A stretch of DNA of 62,664 bases, the filler included, from Choristocarpus tenellus KU-1152 (taxonomy: Eukaryota > Protista > Phaeophyceae), in the NCBI GenBank assembly GCA_964200185.2. It is 13 parts of 13 records of this genome, joined end to end, with 100 filler letters (N's around TTAATTAATTAA, not from the genome) between each part and the next. Parts side by side here need not be neighbours in the genome. Positions count along the whole stretch, not along the records: positions 24,121 to 31,378 come from CAXNAD020006446.1; positions 31,479 to 34,463 come from CAXNAD020023141.1; positions 34,564 to 42,234 come from CAXNAD020005779.1; 10 more parts are not named here. One strand, given 5' to 3'. This document shows, in pieces, positions 26,589 to 38,798 of the stretch. A program made the position numbers and the translations under genes. Numbering within the stretch: position 1 is the stretch's first letter; each line of letters opens with the position of its first letter. Under the pieces are notes generated by a model. It saw only the letters and a program-made list of their open reading frames with translations. It did no database searches and was not told the origin of the DNA.

Positions 26589-28857
26589 TTATGGTCCACG
26601 ATTAGTTTCCTCAGACTGTTGACGCTCTGGTTCTTCTGTTGTGTGCATTGGAGGGGGAAGAGGGGGTTGATGCTCGTGTACAAGTTGGAGAGAGGAAGTG
26701 ACACTCGCTCGACTTGGCCACGAGTTATACAGAACAACCAAGGCTGAAGCACAGCCTGCTGCTCCAATGACACCATCATTGAGCTTCTGCCCCACCAGTA
26801 GTTTTGGAAGTTCCACACCCGGCATATTGACAGCACATGTGAGATCCAACAACCCCTACAAAATGTACCACGAGTTACAGCCAGTAATACAAAGGGAGCG
26901 CATGGAGGTTGGTGAGGGAGAGGTCCAGCAAGGCATCTGGAACATGCTGCTGACCAACATGTTCCCTGGCAGGGCATAGGAGAAGTCAACATTCCACTGG
27001 AAGCTGAAAGGCCAAATAAGCTTACAATAGCATCTTGGGTAGCCACTAAAGTATTAGTAAAGGCTTGGAGCAACAAACCCTGAACATGGACAACATACAG
27101 GGATAGGGAAACTTGAGATACACCCATAAAAATCAGAACAGGATCGTCACACCCTCCTACTGACATTGCATCTACGGCATATGGTTTGCAATACACGTGA
27201 CAGGTAAGTTGTTTCACCTTAAATATCATCAGCCATGACTTGAAGTGCTCAGCATTAGCCCGAGCTAACGCTTCACCAAGCTCACTGACTTTTTCCATTC
27301 CCTCCTCTCCTTTCTGAGAATAAGATTTTGTTGTTGTTGTTGTTGCTTCTCCTGCTGCTGCTGCTGCTGCCTGGTATTCCTTAGCCACAGATAGGCGTTT
27401 CATATTGGTCTACCAACAGGCAGCCATGAGGGAGGGTACAGTCTGTAAGTGAATTGAAAGATGGAGTTGCCTTGGATTGAAGGCTTCACTCTAGCGATAT
27501 TTCAATCGTCGCAATCTAGCCAACTGACTTGCTCCTTGCTTGAAAATCTCGTTGGAGACTAATGTCCTCGTCAGATCATGATCATGTAACCACAGACACC
27601 GCTTGTTGGATGTTACAATGACAGTCTCTACCTCCACCATCATAGCCTTGCAACCTCGACTACAGTTTCACATCAGCTGTGGAGAGACTATTGAGTTGGA
27701 ACATATTTTCCCCAGAAGTCATGCCACTTCCATGTGTTAGGCCACTCCATTATGAGATAACTTTGAATCATGCAAGTGATACATTTCTATGCCGATCGAT
27801 GCTACAGACCTGAGTTGCGAATACTTCGCCAAGCTGCATAAATCGTCTGAAGAATAATCAAGTCAACAAGTTGAGCGAGCCTAACAACATCTACAATGTC
27901 ACCAGGATAACAAACATGCATTATGCAACTCAGATCATATATAAATGCCGTGTTAAGCTGCAGAAGAGCATAGAACAGATGATATGGAACACAGGAAAGT
28001 ACAAGAACCAAATGTTAATGGGGACAGGCATCTCTAATGCATCACTCTCACCTTTCGGAGAGAGCTGACGCCCAACAATACTGATAGGGCACTGCCTACC
28101 GACCATGATCGAGAGAATCCTCTTAATGCCCTTTCATTGCCAAAATCTACAATTTTCGTAGTCGTGAGGTAGTTGAGGTTGTCGTACGTCCAAAAGAACC
28201 CCATTGCGACACTTCGGAGAGCGAGAAGAGCTTCATGATACGCTACCACACCACCCGCACCCTGGCCCACCGAGAGGGCCTCCCGTAGTTTCACAATCTC
28301 ATCCAGCACCTAAACATACAGGAGAGTGTGGAACAATGGGTCATTCTCAGGGGCATCTCCAAAACTCTGTTTGACAGAACCCCTACTGTGCAGAGGGTGC
28401 ATTGGGTCATCGCGTCACTAAAATAGAACGGGAAACGACAAAAACGAATACCTTCAGCATACGGAAGGCTTTTCGTGACAGCTGGGTTGTCCTATAGAGT
28501 TTGAATGCCCTCTCTGCTGCAGCGGGGTCCGTGGACATAAACCACCAATACCAGAAACGTGCCCCATATTGCATTATCTGCTCGAGATTGGGGACACACA
28601 CGACCCAAGAAGACGGATGGAGAGGGTATAAGGCGCTAATTTTGGCAGTATGATTCTGTTCTTTCCCCCCAAAAATGACTAAGAGCTCTCCTGCAGGTAC
28701 AGTTTCACAGGTATGACACACAGACCTTTGTGAATTTGTCTCGAGCGTCAAGCTTTCTCAATGTCACGACAAAGGACTCCAGGCCGAGGGGCTCCTTTAC
28801 GGCCAACCCATCTGCCATGGGAATTGTGTCAATAATCATATCTGCTGAGGATGGCAT
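26589..28857 (-). CDS. PEX11: Peroxisomal biogenesis factor 11; complete, 5 exons (28857-28726, 28577-28452, 28309-28052, 27409-27218, 26855-26589)
   Basis: ...FVVTLRKLDARDKFTK / IMQYGARF...LSRKAFRMLK / VLDE...FFWTYDNLNYL...SRSWSVGS / ... / GLLDLTCAVN...LNDGVIGAAGCASALV. These are the PEX11 motifs RDK..K..QY, RK.FR..K and G.G..G..SAL. An alternative start ATG lies at 28818. Confidence 0.88.
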
Positions 28858-29109
28858 CGGCTAACTTTGGCTTTGCCAAGCCGACTTCAATTAACATTCA
28901 ACTTCCCATGAGTTGGGAGTTCCACAACAGATTATTGGCAGATACACTTGCACCTCTGGAGGGGAGTTTTGACTTGTGTACACTATCGCTACCCGAAGAT
29001 CTTGGGATCTTTGTTTGGATTCTGGACAGGAGGAGGTTGTGATATCAACGTGGATGACGACGAATTGGTTACAAGCTATGAGAACCAGTGTTTCCCAATG
29101 ATTGTGGAG

Positions 29110-29490
29110 GGAGAGGGATAAAGCGATGCGAGGACAACTAAGAATGAACTCCCCAACAAGCGTCCATTTGCTGGACGACACTCCAGACATTGCGGGACAG
29201 GTCAAGATGACTACCAGAGACAGGAATGAGGTACAAGAGGGGAGTGACCACGAAAAGTTCATATTCTAGGTGGGAGCGAAGAGACCAGGGTGGTGCCAGC
29301 GGCTGATCGATGTTTGCGTGTGACAATTGCCAGAGCGAGTGAGGGAAGACGGTGCGAGGGCAACTAATGGACGCGATGGCATCGGTTTGCTGGAGTACAA
29401 TCCGGACATTCCAGGACAGGTCAGGATGGCTATCAGAGACAAGATTGAGGTACGAGAGGGGAGTGACCCCGAAAAGTTCGTATATGGAAC
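29110..29490. repeat. Degenerate direct duplication, ~220-bp period
   Basis: ccagacattgcgggacaggtcaagatgactaccagagac...gaggggagtgaccacgaaaagttcatat (about 29183) versus ccggacattccaggacaggtcaggatggctatcagagac...gaggggagtgaccccgaaaagttcgtat (about 29402). Confidence 0.7.
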
Positions 29491-32400
29491 GTGGCACTTG
29501 GTGGACGAAGTGGCGGCTGTGTAGGTGACTTGTCCAATCTTGGAGAGAGGACAATATAAACCTGGGAGAAAGGGAAGTTGCCGCATGGCGTCTGCGTTCG
29601 GGCTAAATTTGTAGTCAATAGAGTTGGGATGCCTAGATTGTATTATAGCCAGGAAAGCACGCACATAATCTTGGTTAGGTATTGTTTCTGTTCAGAACGA
29701 CTATATTTTGAAGTAATTTTTCGGAACAAATATGTACAAGATGACGGACTGTTACATACCTCCCTTCTTGGGGTTAAGTCTTCAGGTGGTCTGTCTACTC
29801 TATTTTAATAGGTGCTCCTCAACTTTGTCGGGTCTTGCAAATTAGTACGGAACTGACTGGTGGGTTCATGTCATCGACCCAGACCTTCACAATAGCTAGA
29901 CTATATTAGCACCAGACTTCGTCGTACTCTTGTCTTTCATGGTGGAGGTTCTATCATAAAGATCTCTTCGAAAGTGCGCTCGGTGACAGGTAGTACCCCC
30001 CCAAGAGCATTCTCAGGGGATTGCCGACTCAACCTTGAGCGCTGACTGGATGTTTCCCATATATTATTGGATGACGGGATATCAACTTAGTATTACAAAG
30101 TATCCATTATATGATAACTTAACCTTCCTAGCTTCATTGCATTTTTTTTCAGTCATCGTCCTACATAGTGCAAACCGTGTGGTGACAGGAGCTTAGAAGC
30201 TCATCGATAAATGGCATGACCCAAAGAGGTTTTTAAGGTCACACCTCCTTGGCCCTGTTGCTGGTGTCTGCCATTGTCTTATGCATGCGTTTGTCTCCCC
30301 CTGGTTTATTTTATTTATTCTAATACCATTCTCTGTTGTTGTGTTTCGACTTTTTTTGTATAAATGAGGAACACTTCTAGTGAACAGACGGCATTGGATA
30401 TTGGTATTTGTTCTGATGCGTACTGGAACGGATTCCTTGGTATGCTCGCCTTCTTAACTGGAACTTCTCGTCTTGCTGCAAAATTTGACTTTCTCTCACT
30501 CTTGTCTTGTATTTTTCACCACTTAGATTTGTATGCACTTTTCTCTTCATCATTTTCTACGTTTTCGTCTATGTCGAGGCTCTGCTGCTGCTCTTTTCAT
30601 CCTTTCTGTGACTCTCTGTAAGCCTTCCACGTGGGAGGCTTAAGCTTGGGCATGTGTGAAGTGATTTCTCCACAAACAATTACATGCCACAACACAGAAA
30701 AGAACAGATTTCTTAAATACTCCTCAGGTAAGTCACACATTTATTTTATTTTATTTTATTTTATTTTATTTTATTTTTTACCTGTGGCATGATTCCCTCG
30801 ACATGAAGTAATGACCATACAGTCACCTCGTATTGTTTTAGGAGCGTTGAGCCACCAACATCGTACGTCCGAGTTGTCCACTTGGAATATTGTAGTCGTC
30901 GTGAATAATATTCCAATCGATGTCAGAATTGAGGAAGGAGAATGGGTGCACACATTTGATCTCGTCGTTTGCTGTGTTGATTTGGTCATGTAACACGCGA
31001 TGTTGTTTTCACGCATCGGAGTGGTGATCAATCAAATCATCGTAAAACACCCGTATAGCAATGTCGAATCACAAACACTAGTCAAATCGTTTTGTTGACA
31101 TCGTATGTAGTGTTTGCTCCTCATATCCCCATTCTGAGTGTATCCTCTGTTTTATACAAGATACTAGAGACCCTATATGCTGGACACATATACCTCTCGC
31201 CTCATCTATAGGCTGATTGATATGCTGATCCCATACTCTCAGACCTCGTAAGCTTGATTGGTATGCTGACCATACACCATCAACCTTTAGGCCAATGTTA
31301 TGGGTCAAAGTATCTGGGGGGGGGGGTGCCGGCATCCGTTTTTGACCCTGGCTCAAAGTATCTAGGGGGGGGGGGGCGNNNNNNNNNNNNNNNNNNNNNN
31401 NNNNNNNNNNNNNNNNNNNNNNTTAATTAATTAANNNNNNNNNNNNNNNNNNNNNNNNNNNNNNNNNNNNNNNNNNNNCCCCCCCCCCCCAGATACTTTG
31501 ACCCTTGGGTCAAACCACTACAGCACCAGTGATATAAAATGTCTAGCATTCTAATCTAGAACTTGTTTTACACGTGACCCATTACTGTAATGAACAAAAG
31601 AAAAGATGGCGGCAACACACTACTCGTATTAACTCCCACTTTTCACCCAGCTCAAGTTAACTTCACAATATGTCCACAAGAAAGATGACATCTCCTGTAG
31701 TGACTAGGACGTCAAACTGTGGAGGAGTGTACTCTCTACTTCATACGTGTTGTTATTGTACTGTCTCAGCGATGAGAAGCAGGTCCTCACACATGCATAC
31801 ATGCCGAGACAAACGATAAACCTTTGTTTTTTCCGTGCGGACCACGTCTAGGTATGCACGCGAAATATGCACCCTGATCAAGTGGTAGGCAGGCATAGCA
31901 ACATCTCATACCGAAGGTGGTTCTACCTCTTCCTTGTGAATCAAGTTCTTAGGTTTTGCTTCTAGTTCTTGCTTCATGATGGCAGAAGTCGGCAAAACGG
32001 TGGGTTCGCTTTCCAGGAAGGGGACAAAGACCAGTGTGGTGATGATCCACTCCCCAAAGTAAGATGTGCATAATAGTAGTATATGTACAGTATGTACAGT
32101 AGGGCTCTATGAGAGCTCAAGAACTCCATACCATCACGCGAATAGAAATCGAAAATCAGACGAACAGATGAGCTATGATTACTAGGTAGTTATGCTTGTG
32201 ATTAAATTGTTTTCTATAATGAAGTAGCACCCAACTCTAGGTATCAGACATGTAGGTCAGTAATGATTAATAATTCCCAAAAGAAAATCGCTACCACCAT
32301 GTCGTTCTTTCCTTGTCTTTCGTCCCCATTTCTCGAAAAACTTGAAAGACAGGCCAAGGCGCAACTCTTTTTGTTTCATGTGTTCCGTGTTCCGTCCAGG

Positions 32401-34039
32401 TACTGCAAGACAATACCGTAGAGGTCGAGACCTCTTCGTTCCATTGTTGGTTTTCCAAGTATCCGTAGTAATAGAGGTGTAAGAAGAAGATCTCTAGTCC
32501 CCTTAAAAGTGTTCGAGGGGCGATGGGCTAGTTTTGCTCGAAGCATGTGTGGGTATTATATTTCTTGGTTCATATACCGAAGATGTTATCATTACCTGAT
32601 CATCTCTGGGGCCATCGCATCACGAACTTTACCCTCGCCTTTTACTAGGATAAACCGTGGGTTGGCCCCTGAAGGAGTTTCACTTGATTTTTGACCCCAC
32701 TTGTGGGGTAAGGTAGGAGGCAGCAACCAATCCACATTCATACATTTCCGAAAAACAATACAAACAATAACAAGAACCAAATCCCTATTCCTACCTACCA
32801 TCATGGAGTTGCCCTATTTCCGTCATCGTAGGTTAGTATTATTGGTCTACCAGTTTGTTTCGAAGATATTTTTCGGTGGTTCAAATCCGGTCAAGATCAA
32901 TATTCTCTTCAGTGAGGATTTTTGTTGGACCACACTGCAAACAAAATAAAACGGCACACCTACACTCTCCTATCGTTTGCTAGACGGAAAGGTAGAATGA
33001 GGAAGACCTGAATCAGTGGTGATGACAAGGTCAGTGGTTGTCGTGGCCAGGCAAGTAGGGCATACAACATTCGAAGGAGGAGGCAGGCAACAAAAAGGTG
33101 GAATAACTGAACACGACGCACAAGAAAATGCAAGCACACACAGAGCAATGGAATTAGTTGTAATACAACAGCAGTTGGTTTGTAGTTGATGAAAATAAGT
33201 GCAAGGCACAGTGGTTCTGACCTCACTAACCACATTTCGGGGGTAGGTAGGGTTAGACTACATTCTTTGGTTACCCCAGACCAAATATATGCGCCAAAAA
33301 AAACATGATCAAGATAATATTGTTACCGAGAAAATAAAAAAATGAAAGTTATGTGCTGGTTCTGTTTTCGAGGGCAATTACTTGACCAGAATCTGTTAGT
33401 GCGTTCGATTGCTATGATTCAATCAATGGAAGGAGAGCCAACAAGAAAATGCTACCTACAGAAGAAGGTTTCAACTGACCGATTATTTCTCTCACATATG
33501 GATATGTGAGCTCCACCAAGAGATTTCTCGCTGTTCTTTGCACGCTGCATGTAGGTGCTAGGTGCCCATTCTCTAAATTTTCCATATAGGGGAAAAGTAT
33601 ATTTCCCATGCTTCCTGTACGTAGGTTGGGTGGAGTAGCAAGCAAACCATATTCTCACTGCCACCATAAAAACAATTATGTAGTCAAAAAGCACCTCCAC
33701 AACTAACTATCTTCATCTCCGCACCCACACTAAAACAGTGCGAGTCTTGGCATGTCCACCTTTACCAAGGAGAAGATACTGAAATTGACAAAATACGAGG
33801 TCGTTAGAAGTAGTGGATAGCAATTCGCACCATCAGAAATTAAAAAACAATACATGAGTTGCTTAAGGACAAGGAAGTACAGAGTGACTAGGAGTCGCGA
33901 AGAGAATGTAGTAAGTGGCCTTGGTGGTCTGGTATTACCCTTAGTGCATGCGAACTGGAGACCACATGATGTACAGGCGTCGGTAGTGATGCCGGAGGGT
34001 CGATGAGTCATTTTCCCCATGAGCCAATCTCTGTACATG

Positions 34040-34290
34040 CGGCCCATCATTCACCCAAGTAGTGGCCCCACTGGAGAGAGCGATAGAAGTCAAGAGAAAA
34101 GGTCTCATCGACAATGAGGTGAGGGACCAAGTGCTGTGCCCAGCTGACAAACCCGTAGTATGGACGAAGATGCTCTCCATGAGGAAGATCAAAGAAAGCA
34201 GAGAGACGGAGAAGCACAAGTGCTGCCTTGAAGCTCAAGGGTTCCACCAAAAATATGGACCACATTTCCGAGATAACTTCTCACCAGAAG
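34040..34290 (+). mobile_element. Copia reverse-transcriptase remnant
   Basis: LERAIEVKRKGLIDNEVRDQV..PADKPVVWTKM...IKESRETEKHKCCLEAQGFHQKYGPHFRDNFSP is a decayed version of W..A...E...L..N..W...K.KARLVAQGF.Q..G.D....FSP. Confidence 0.75.
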
Positions 34291-34879
34291 ACTTTAAATC
34301 AAGGACCCTAGGCAATGCGGAGTAGTACATGGGCTTCCATAATACCTGCAACCATCCAGAGAGGACACTTCGGCTGGACTAGCACCTCTATGCCGAGACC
34401 ATCGCAGAGACCATTGGGTCAAAGTATCTTGGGGGGGGGTGTCGGCGTCCGCTTTTCACCCATNNNNNNNNNNNNNNNNNNNNNNNNNNNNNNNNNNNNN
34501 NNNNNNNTTAATTAATTAANNNNNNNNNNNNNNNNNNNNNNNNNNNNNNNNNNNNNNNNNNNNGGAAGCCAAGCCCCAAATGGACAAACAGGGCAAACCT
34601 CGTACCCTCTAAGATACTTTCACTCAGGTGAGCCGATCCAGCACAGTGGTTGAGCAATTCCAATTGACCAAACAAGAATCTCCGATGGATAATCCCATTG
34701 CGTCATATGCCCCTGCCCCAGCAATGTTAACACTTCCCAGCTTTCCTCGTATCCCCCCACACATCCCCCTCTTTCACTCTGAACGATTTCTTCCCTGACC
34801 CTCTGCTCTATTCCTTTCCCTTCTCTGCTGCTCTTCCATTTTGCTTGGGGATGTGGACTCAATGACTGACATTGTACAG

Positions 34880-37800
34880 GAGTAGAATAGTCACGCTTGA
34901 GCAGGAGATTGAAGAGGGGAAGAAGCGTGAGACTCTAGTGAAGAGCAATTCCTCCGCTATCTTGAGCAAGGGTGAGGACATGACATTCAGTTGACCAAGG
35001 CCGGCAATCTAATTTTTCCCTATTCTTTCGACAAGTTACTCACGTCCCATGCAGTTGGATCATTTCTGATAAGTATATCCTGCAATCTGTTTTGAGCCAG
35101 AGGGTTTACGCCATTAGCAAGTACTTTTTTGCCTTTAATAAAGTGTCGTGTTTGGTTTGTATGAAGCCCACAGCCATGCACAATACAATGCAGAAGAATA
35201 TCAATACACTATATTTTTAATATACTCCACTTGTAGATAATGTAGCAAGGATACTGTAAATTATATATGTTGGATTTTTGCTGGGCATTTGTTCTACTAC
35301 TTTGGGCTGTGCATACTAAGTACTCCTCAGTCTTTGGTTGACTGCTACAGAGCAAAAAAAAAGGTCAATGTTTTGAATTGCAACAATTAAATCGCTCCAT
35401 TCCATCGGTTGAAGAACAAAACAAATTTCAAGATTGAAGGGTTTGATTGGTTGATGTTTTCCTCACACAATTGTGGGCGTTGCTCACTCTGCCAATAATT
35501 TTATCACTGTGCCTCCCACCTCTCTCTCGCTCTTTATTGCTCCTCAACTCATCTACTGTACTCAATTTTCGATTCTAGTCGATTGGATTTGAACGTTTTC
35601 TGCCAATTTAAAATGTACTGAAGTGTACTCAATTGAATATTTTGATTTTCATCAAGGTATAATAATAGTTTCCTGTAAAATACACAAAACTCAAATATTT
35701 GTTCACAGTTTTAGCTACTCTAACCCTTCCCAAAATGTTTGAGTGCAGAAAAAATAGTTCACCCTGAAGCAGGTCAAGGGTAGTGCTATCCAGCAATGCA
35801 AATAATGATCTTCTGCTCTTCGATATGCCATTCAGAGATATAGGCCTGTACCAAGTACCTTGCAGTACTTGGGACATTAATATAATGTTCTCTTCATGTC
35901 AAGTATTTCGTTAGAAATTGCTTCTATTTTAGACCTTACGGAGACCCCCACTCCCTGGAATGCATCCCAATAGCAAAGCAATCCGGAGTACCACAATCAA
36001 TCTTTTCTATCCCTTGCTTAGTATGTATTTATTGGGGTTCATGCCATCAATGGAAAGAGCACAACACGCATCAATTTCTGAGCATGTCAAGTAGTTCAGT
36101 CACTTTTCCATTGCTATTGGCTCTTTGATCAACTGCTCAATTCATTCTTCTCATCATTGTGAACTACAGCTCAACAGTTTCACGCCCAGCGCATGGGAGC
36201 AGAGGACAGAGTTGAAGAGATGAAAGACGAACTAAGGTAAACTGTTCAGCAACAATATTGATGAGGTTTCCCCTCGTGCCAGTAGGTATTTACACCATCT
36301 TATGTTTTTTATGCGCAATTATAACTGTGCGATGTCTCCCTGCTTTCTTTGGAGGCATAGGAAAGAGAGAAGTGAAGTGGTTCGAAGCATCCAAGCTCTA
36401 AGGAGAACCCCTACCTTGAATTTAGTTTATGACGATAGGGTGCTCATGGTTGGAGAGAAGATACAAGGAGTGCTGAATGCAGGGTGCAGGATCCATGAAA
36501 GAGTTGCACTAAAAAGTGGGAGCCCTCTTTAGATAGGGTTGTCTCTCGTCAGAGAGCCACTGTTAGTTCTTTCATTTCACTTATGATGCCATGTGCTAAA
36601 CTATGGTAATAATATACAGTATATTTTAGAGGTCTGGAGTCCTCCACACCATGTAGTGGCAATACAACAGACGTAAGCTACCTATAGATAACACTAGTAC
36701 CACGGGAGATCAGCACCCAACTCAACATACCGATTCTTTGGTAGTTGACTTGGCTTTTGTCTGGGCTGTACACCTCCTGGAGGAACCACATTGAAACTAG
36801 CAGTACCCGTTTATTAGATCTTCGCAATGGCATTGCTGTGTTGTTCTATTTGCAAAGAGGTCTTGTTGCGGTCAATAGTAATGTGGCAGCCCTCCACCCC
36901 CCCATTTCCAAGTCAATCAAAGGTGGTCATCACTGCACTCCAGGCCGAGGTTGACAAGCAGCAAGAGATCAACAAGCTCCTGAATGCCCGGGTCAAGGCT
37001 GGGCTCGATGAGATCAACCTCTTGAAACAGCAGGTAAGAAACGGCCCGAGATGGGAGGCAGGAGGCTCGAGGGATTGGGTGAAGGCCCAAGTTTTTAACC
37101 TTTTGTAACTATTGTTCCTGTGCCGGGTTTAAACCATTGTAGAGAAAACTCCTATCCAACGATTAGTGTCTGTAGGAAGGTTTACTAACTGGGAGCAGAA
37201 AGAGCCAAAGCGGAATAGAGATACACCCATGATAGGTAAAACATGTACTTCCTCAATAAGGCAAAGCATGTTTTTTGTCATCAGTCATAGGACAGACTCC
37301 GCATTGAAAAAGTATTACCTGTGGATGTCTGAATTCTCATGCCGAGCAGAGGTCACTTCTTCTTGCTCACAGGCATTGCCTGTGGCATGCATGTGGACAA
37401 TGCAGATGGATACATCAACTACTTACCCCCTTACCACCAAAGGAACTCAGGGCTAGTAGGACAAAAGTAAAGGAAAAAACATCTTTGGAACCTACCATTA
37501 CGTCATTTGTAGACAGAATCAGAAGCACGCCATGTCATTGTAACAGGGAAGTGTGGCTATATTTCCCAATATTATATTTTCGTATTCCCTGACCTCATTG
37601 CCTGCACCCTTCACCCCGTCCTGTATTCTAGGTTTCCCCCTCTTACCAAGGGAACTCATGTGAAGATCGCACTAACTTACTGCAGCTTCGTGTTGAGGTC
37701 AAGGCAAGGGAGTCCAAGAGGGACAAGACCATTATCACAGCCACAACGGCGCAGGTCTGGGAGGCCTTAATGTGCAATGCTTATTACTACCTTCCACTTT

Positions 37801-38798
37801 CACTCCAGCCAAGATTTTATCTTGCTCTTTCCATCCCATGTAAACTATCACAGTGATGTTGGATTCATCTTACTGTGCTTTCTACTTCACCCAATCCTGG
37901 CAGCCTGCCCATTAATTCACAAATTCCTACTTGAATAAAGCAGATCAATGTTGAAACCACAGAAAATATGTTTTTTTATTACAGAAATTTGGTGTACACT
38001 ATATGGACTATTAATATCCACAGACGATGAGAGTACGCATAGTGGTCGATAGGGCATGAGATCAAGAGTACATTCACTCCATCCTAACCCCCCCAGTTAC
38101 CCTAACCCTTTGTTCTTCCCCTTCCTCCCACCTCCACCTCCCAAACATGGGTACTATCCGTGATCCACAAGGTCCCAAAGGCGGCATCAAGGCCAGCCAA
38201 GATCCCCAAGAGGACCCAAGCAAGGGAACGGAGGCAGCCAGTCTCGTCCAAGACCAGTGGCAGCAATGTCAGCCAAAAAGGGGTGCGTAGAGAGGCAGCA
38301 GTAACAAAAGGAGTCGTTCCCACAACTGATCTGGGCCACAGGGGAGAAGGGTCAGCAGTCCGCAGCATTTTGAGGGACGTGGATGGCAGCATGGTTGAAG
38401 GTGCAGCTGTCAGGGACTGCAGCGTGAGGGGCGAGAATGGGAGCCGTAGGACGAAGACTCGTCAGCCAGTAGGCAGCAAAGACCAGCCAACAAGCAGCAG
38501 AGATACAGTACCAGGCTACACTGGTAACGGATCAGCAGCCCGCAGAATTTTGAGGGACGTGAATGGCAGGATGGTTGAAGGTGCATCTGTCAGGGACTGC
38601 AGCGTGAGGGGCGAGAATGGGAGCCGTAGGACGAAGACTCCCCAGCCAGTAGGCAGCAAAGACCAGCCAACAAGCAGCAGAGATCCCGTACCAAGCTGCA
38701 CTGGTAATGTACTAGCTTCAACCTCCAGGAGAAAGGCAGGAAGGTCATCCTCTTCAGTCAACACGCGCGTGGTGGGCAGTCACAGCAGTGTATCGTGA
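34880..38798 (+). CDS. 3' part of a coiled-coil protein with a low-complexity C-terminus (exons near 34880, 36170, 36360, 36923, 37632, 38172-38798)
   Basis: AG/GT-bounded segments SRIVTLEQEIEEGKKRE..., AQQFHAQRMGAEDRVEEMKDELR, VVITALQAEVDKQQEINKLLNARVKAGLDEINLLKQQ and VSPSYQ...LRVEVKARESKRDK, then a long terminal ORF. No family recognised. Confidence 0.55.
38353..38707 (+). repeat. In-frame 180-bp (60-aa) tandem duplication in the terminal exon
   Basis: SAVRSILRDVDGSMVEGAAVRDCSVRGENGSRRTKTRQPVGSKDQPTSSRD is repeated as SAARRILRDVNGRMVEGASVRDCSVRGENGSRRTKTPQPVGSKDQPTSSRD. Confidence 0.92.

Noticed and set aside
26525-27403. 292-aa ORF as a standalone gene
   Set aside because: Only its first ~62 codons belong to PEX11 exon 4; the rest is intron read-through and a different frame of exon 5.
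31860-33235. Exon-like GT/AG-bounded segments
   Set aside because: I could not assemble a consistent frame or recognise any protein family.
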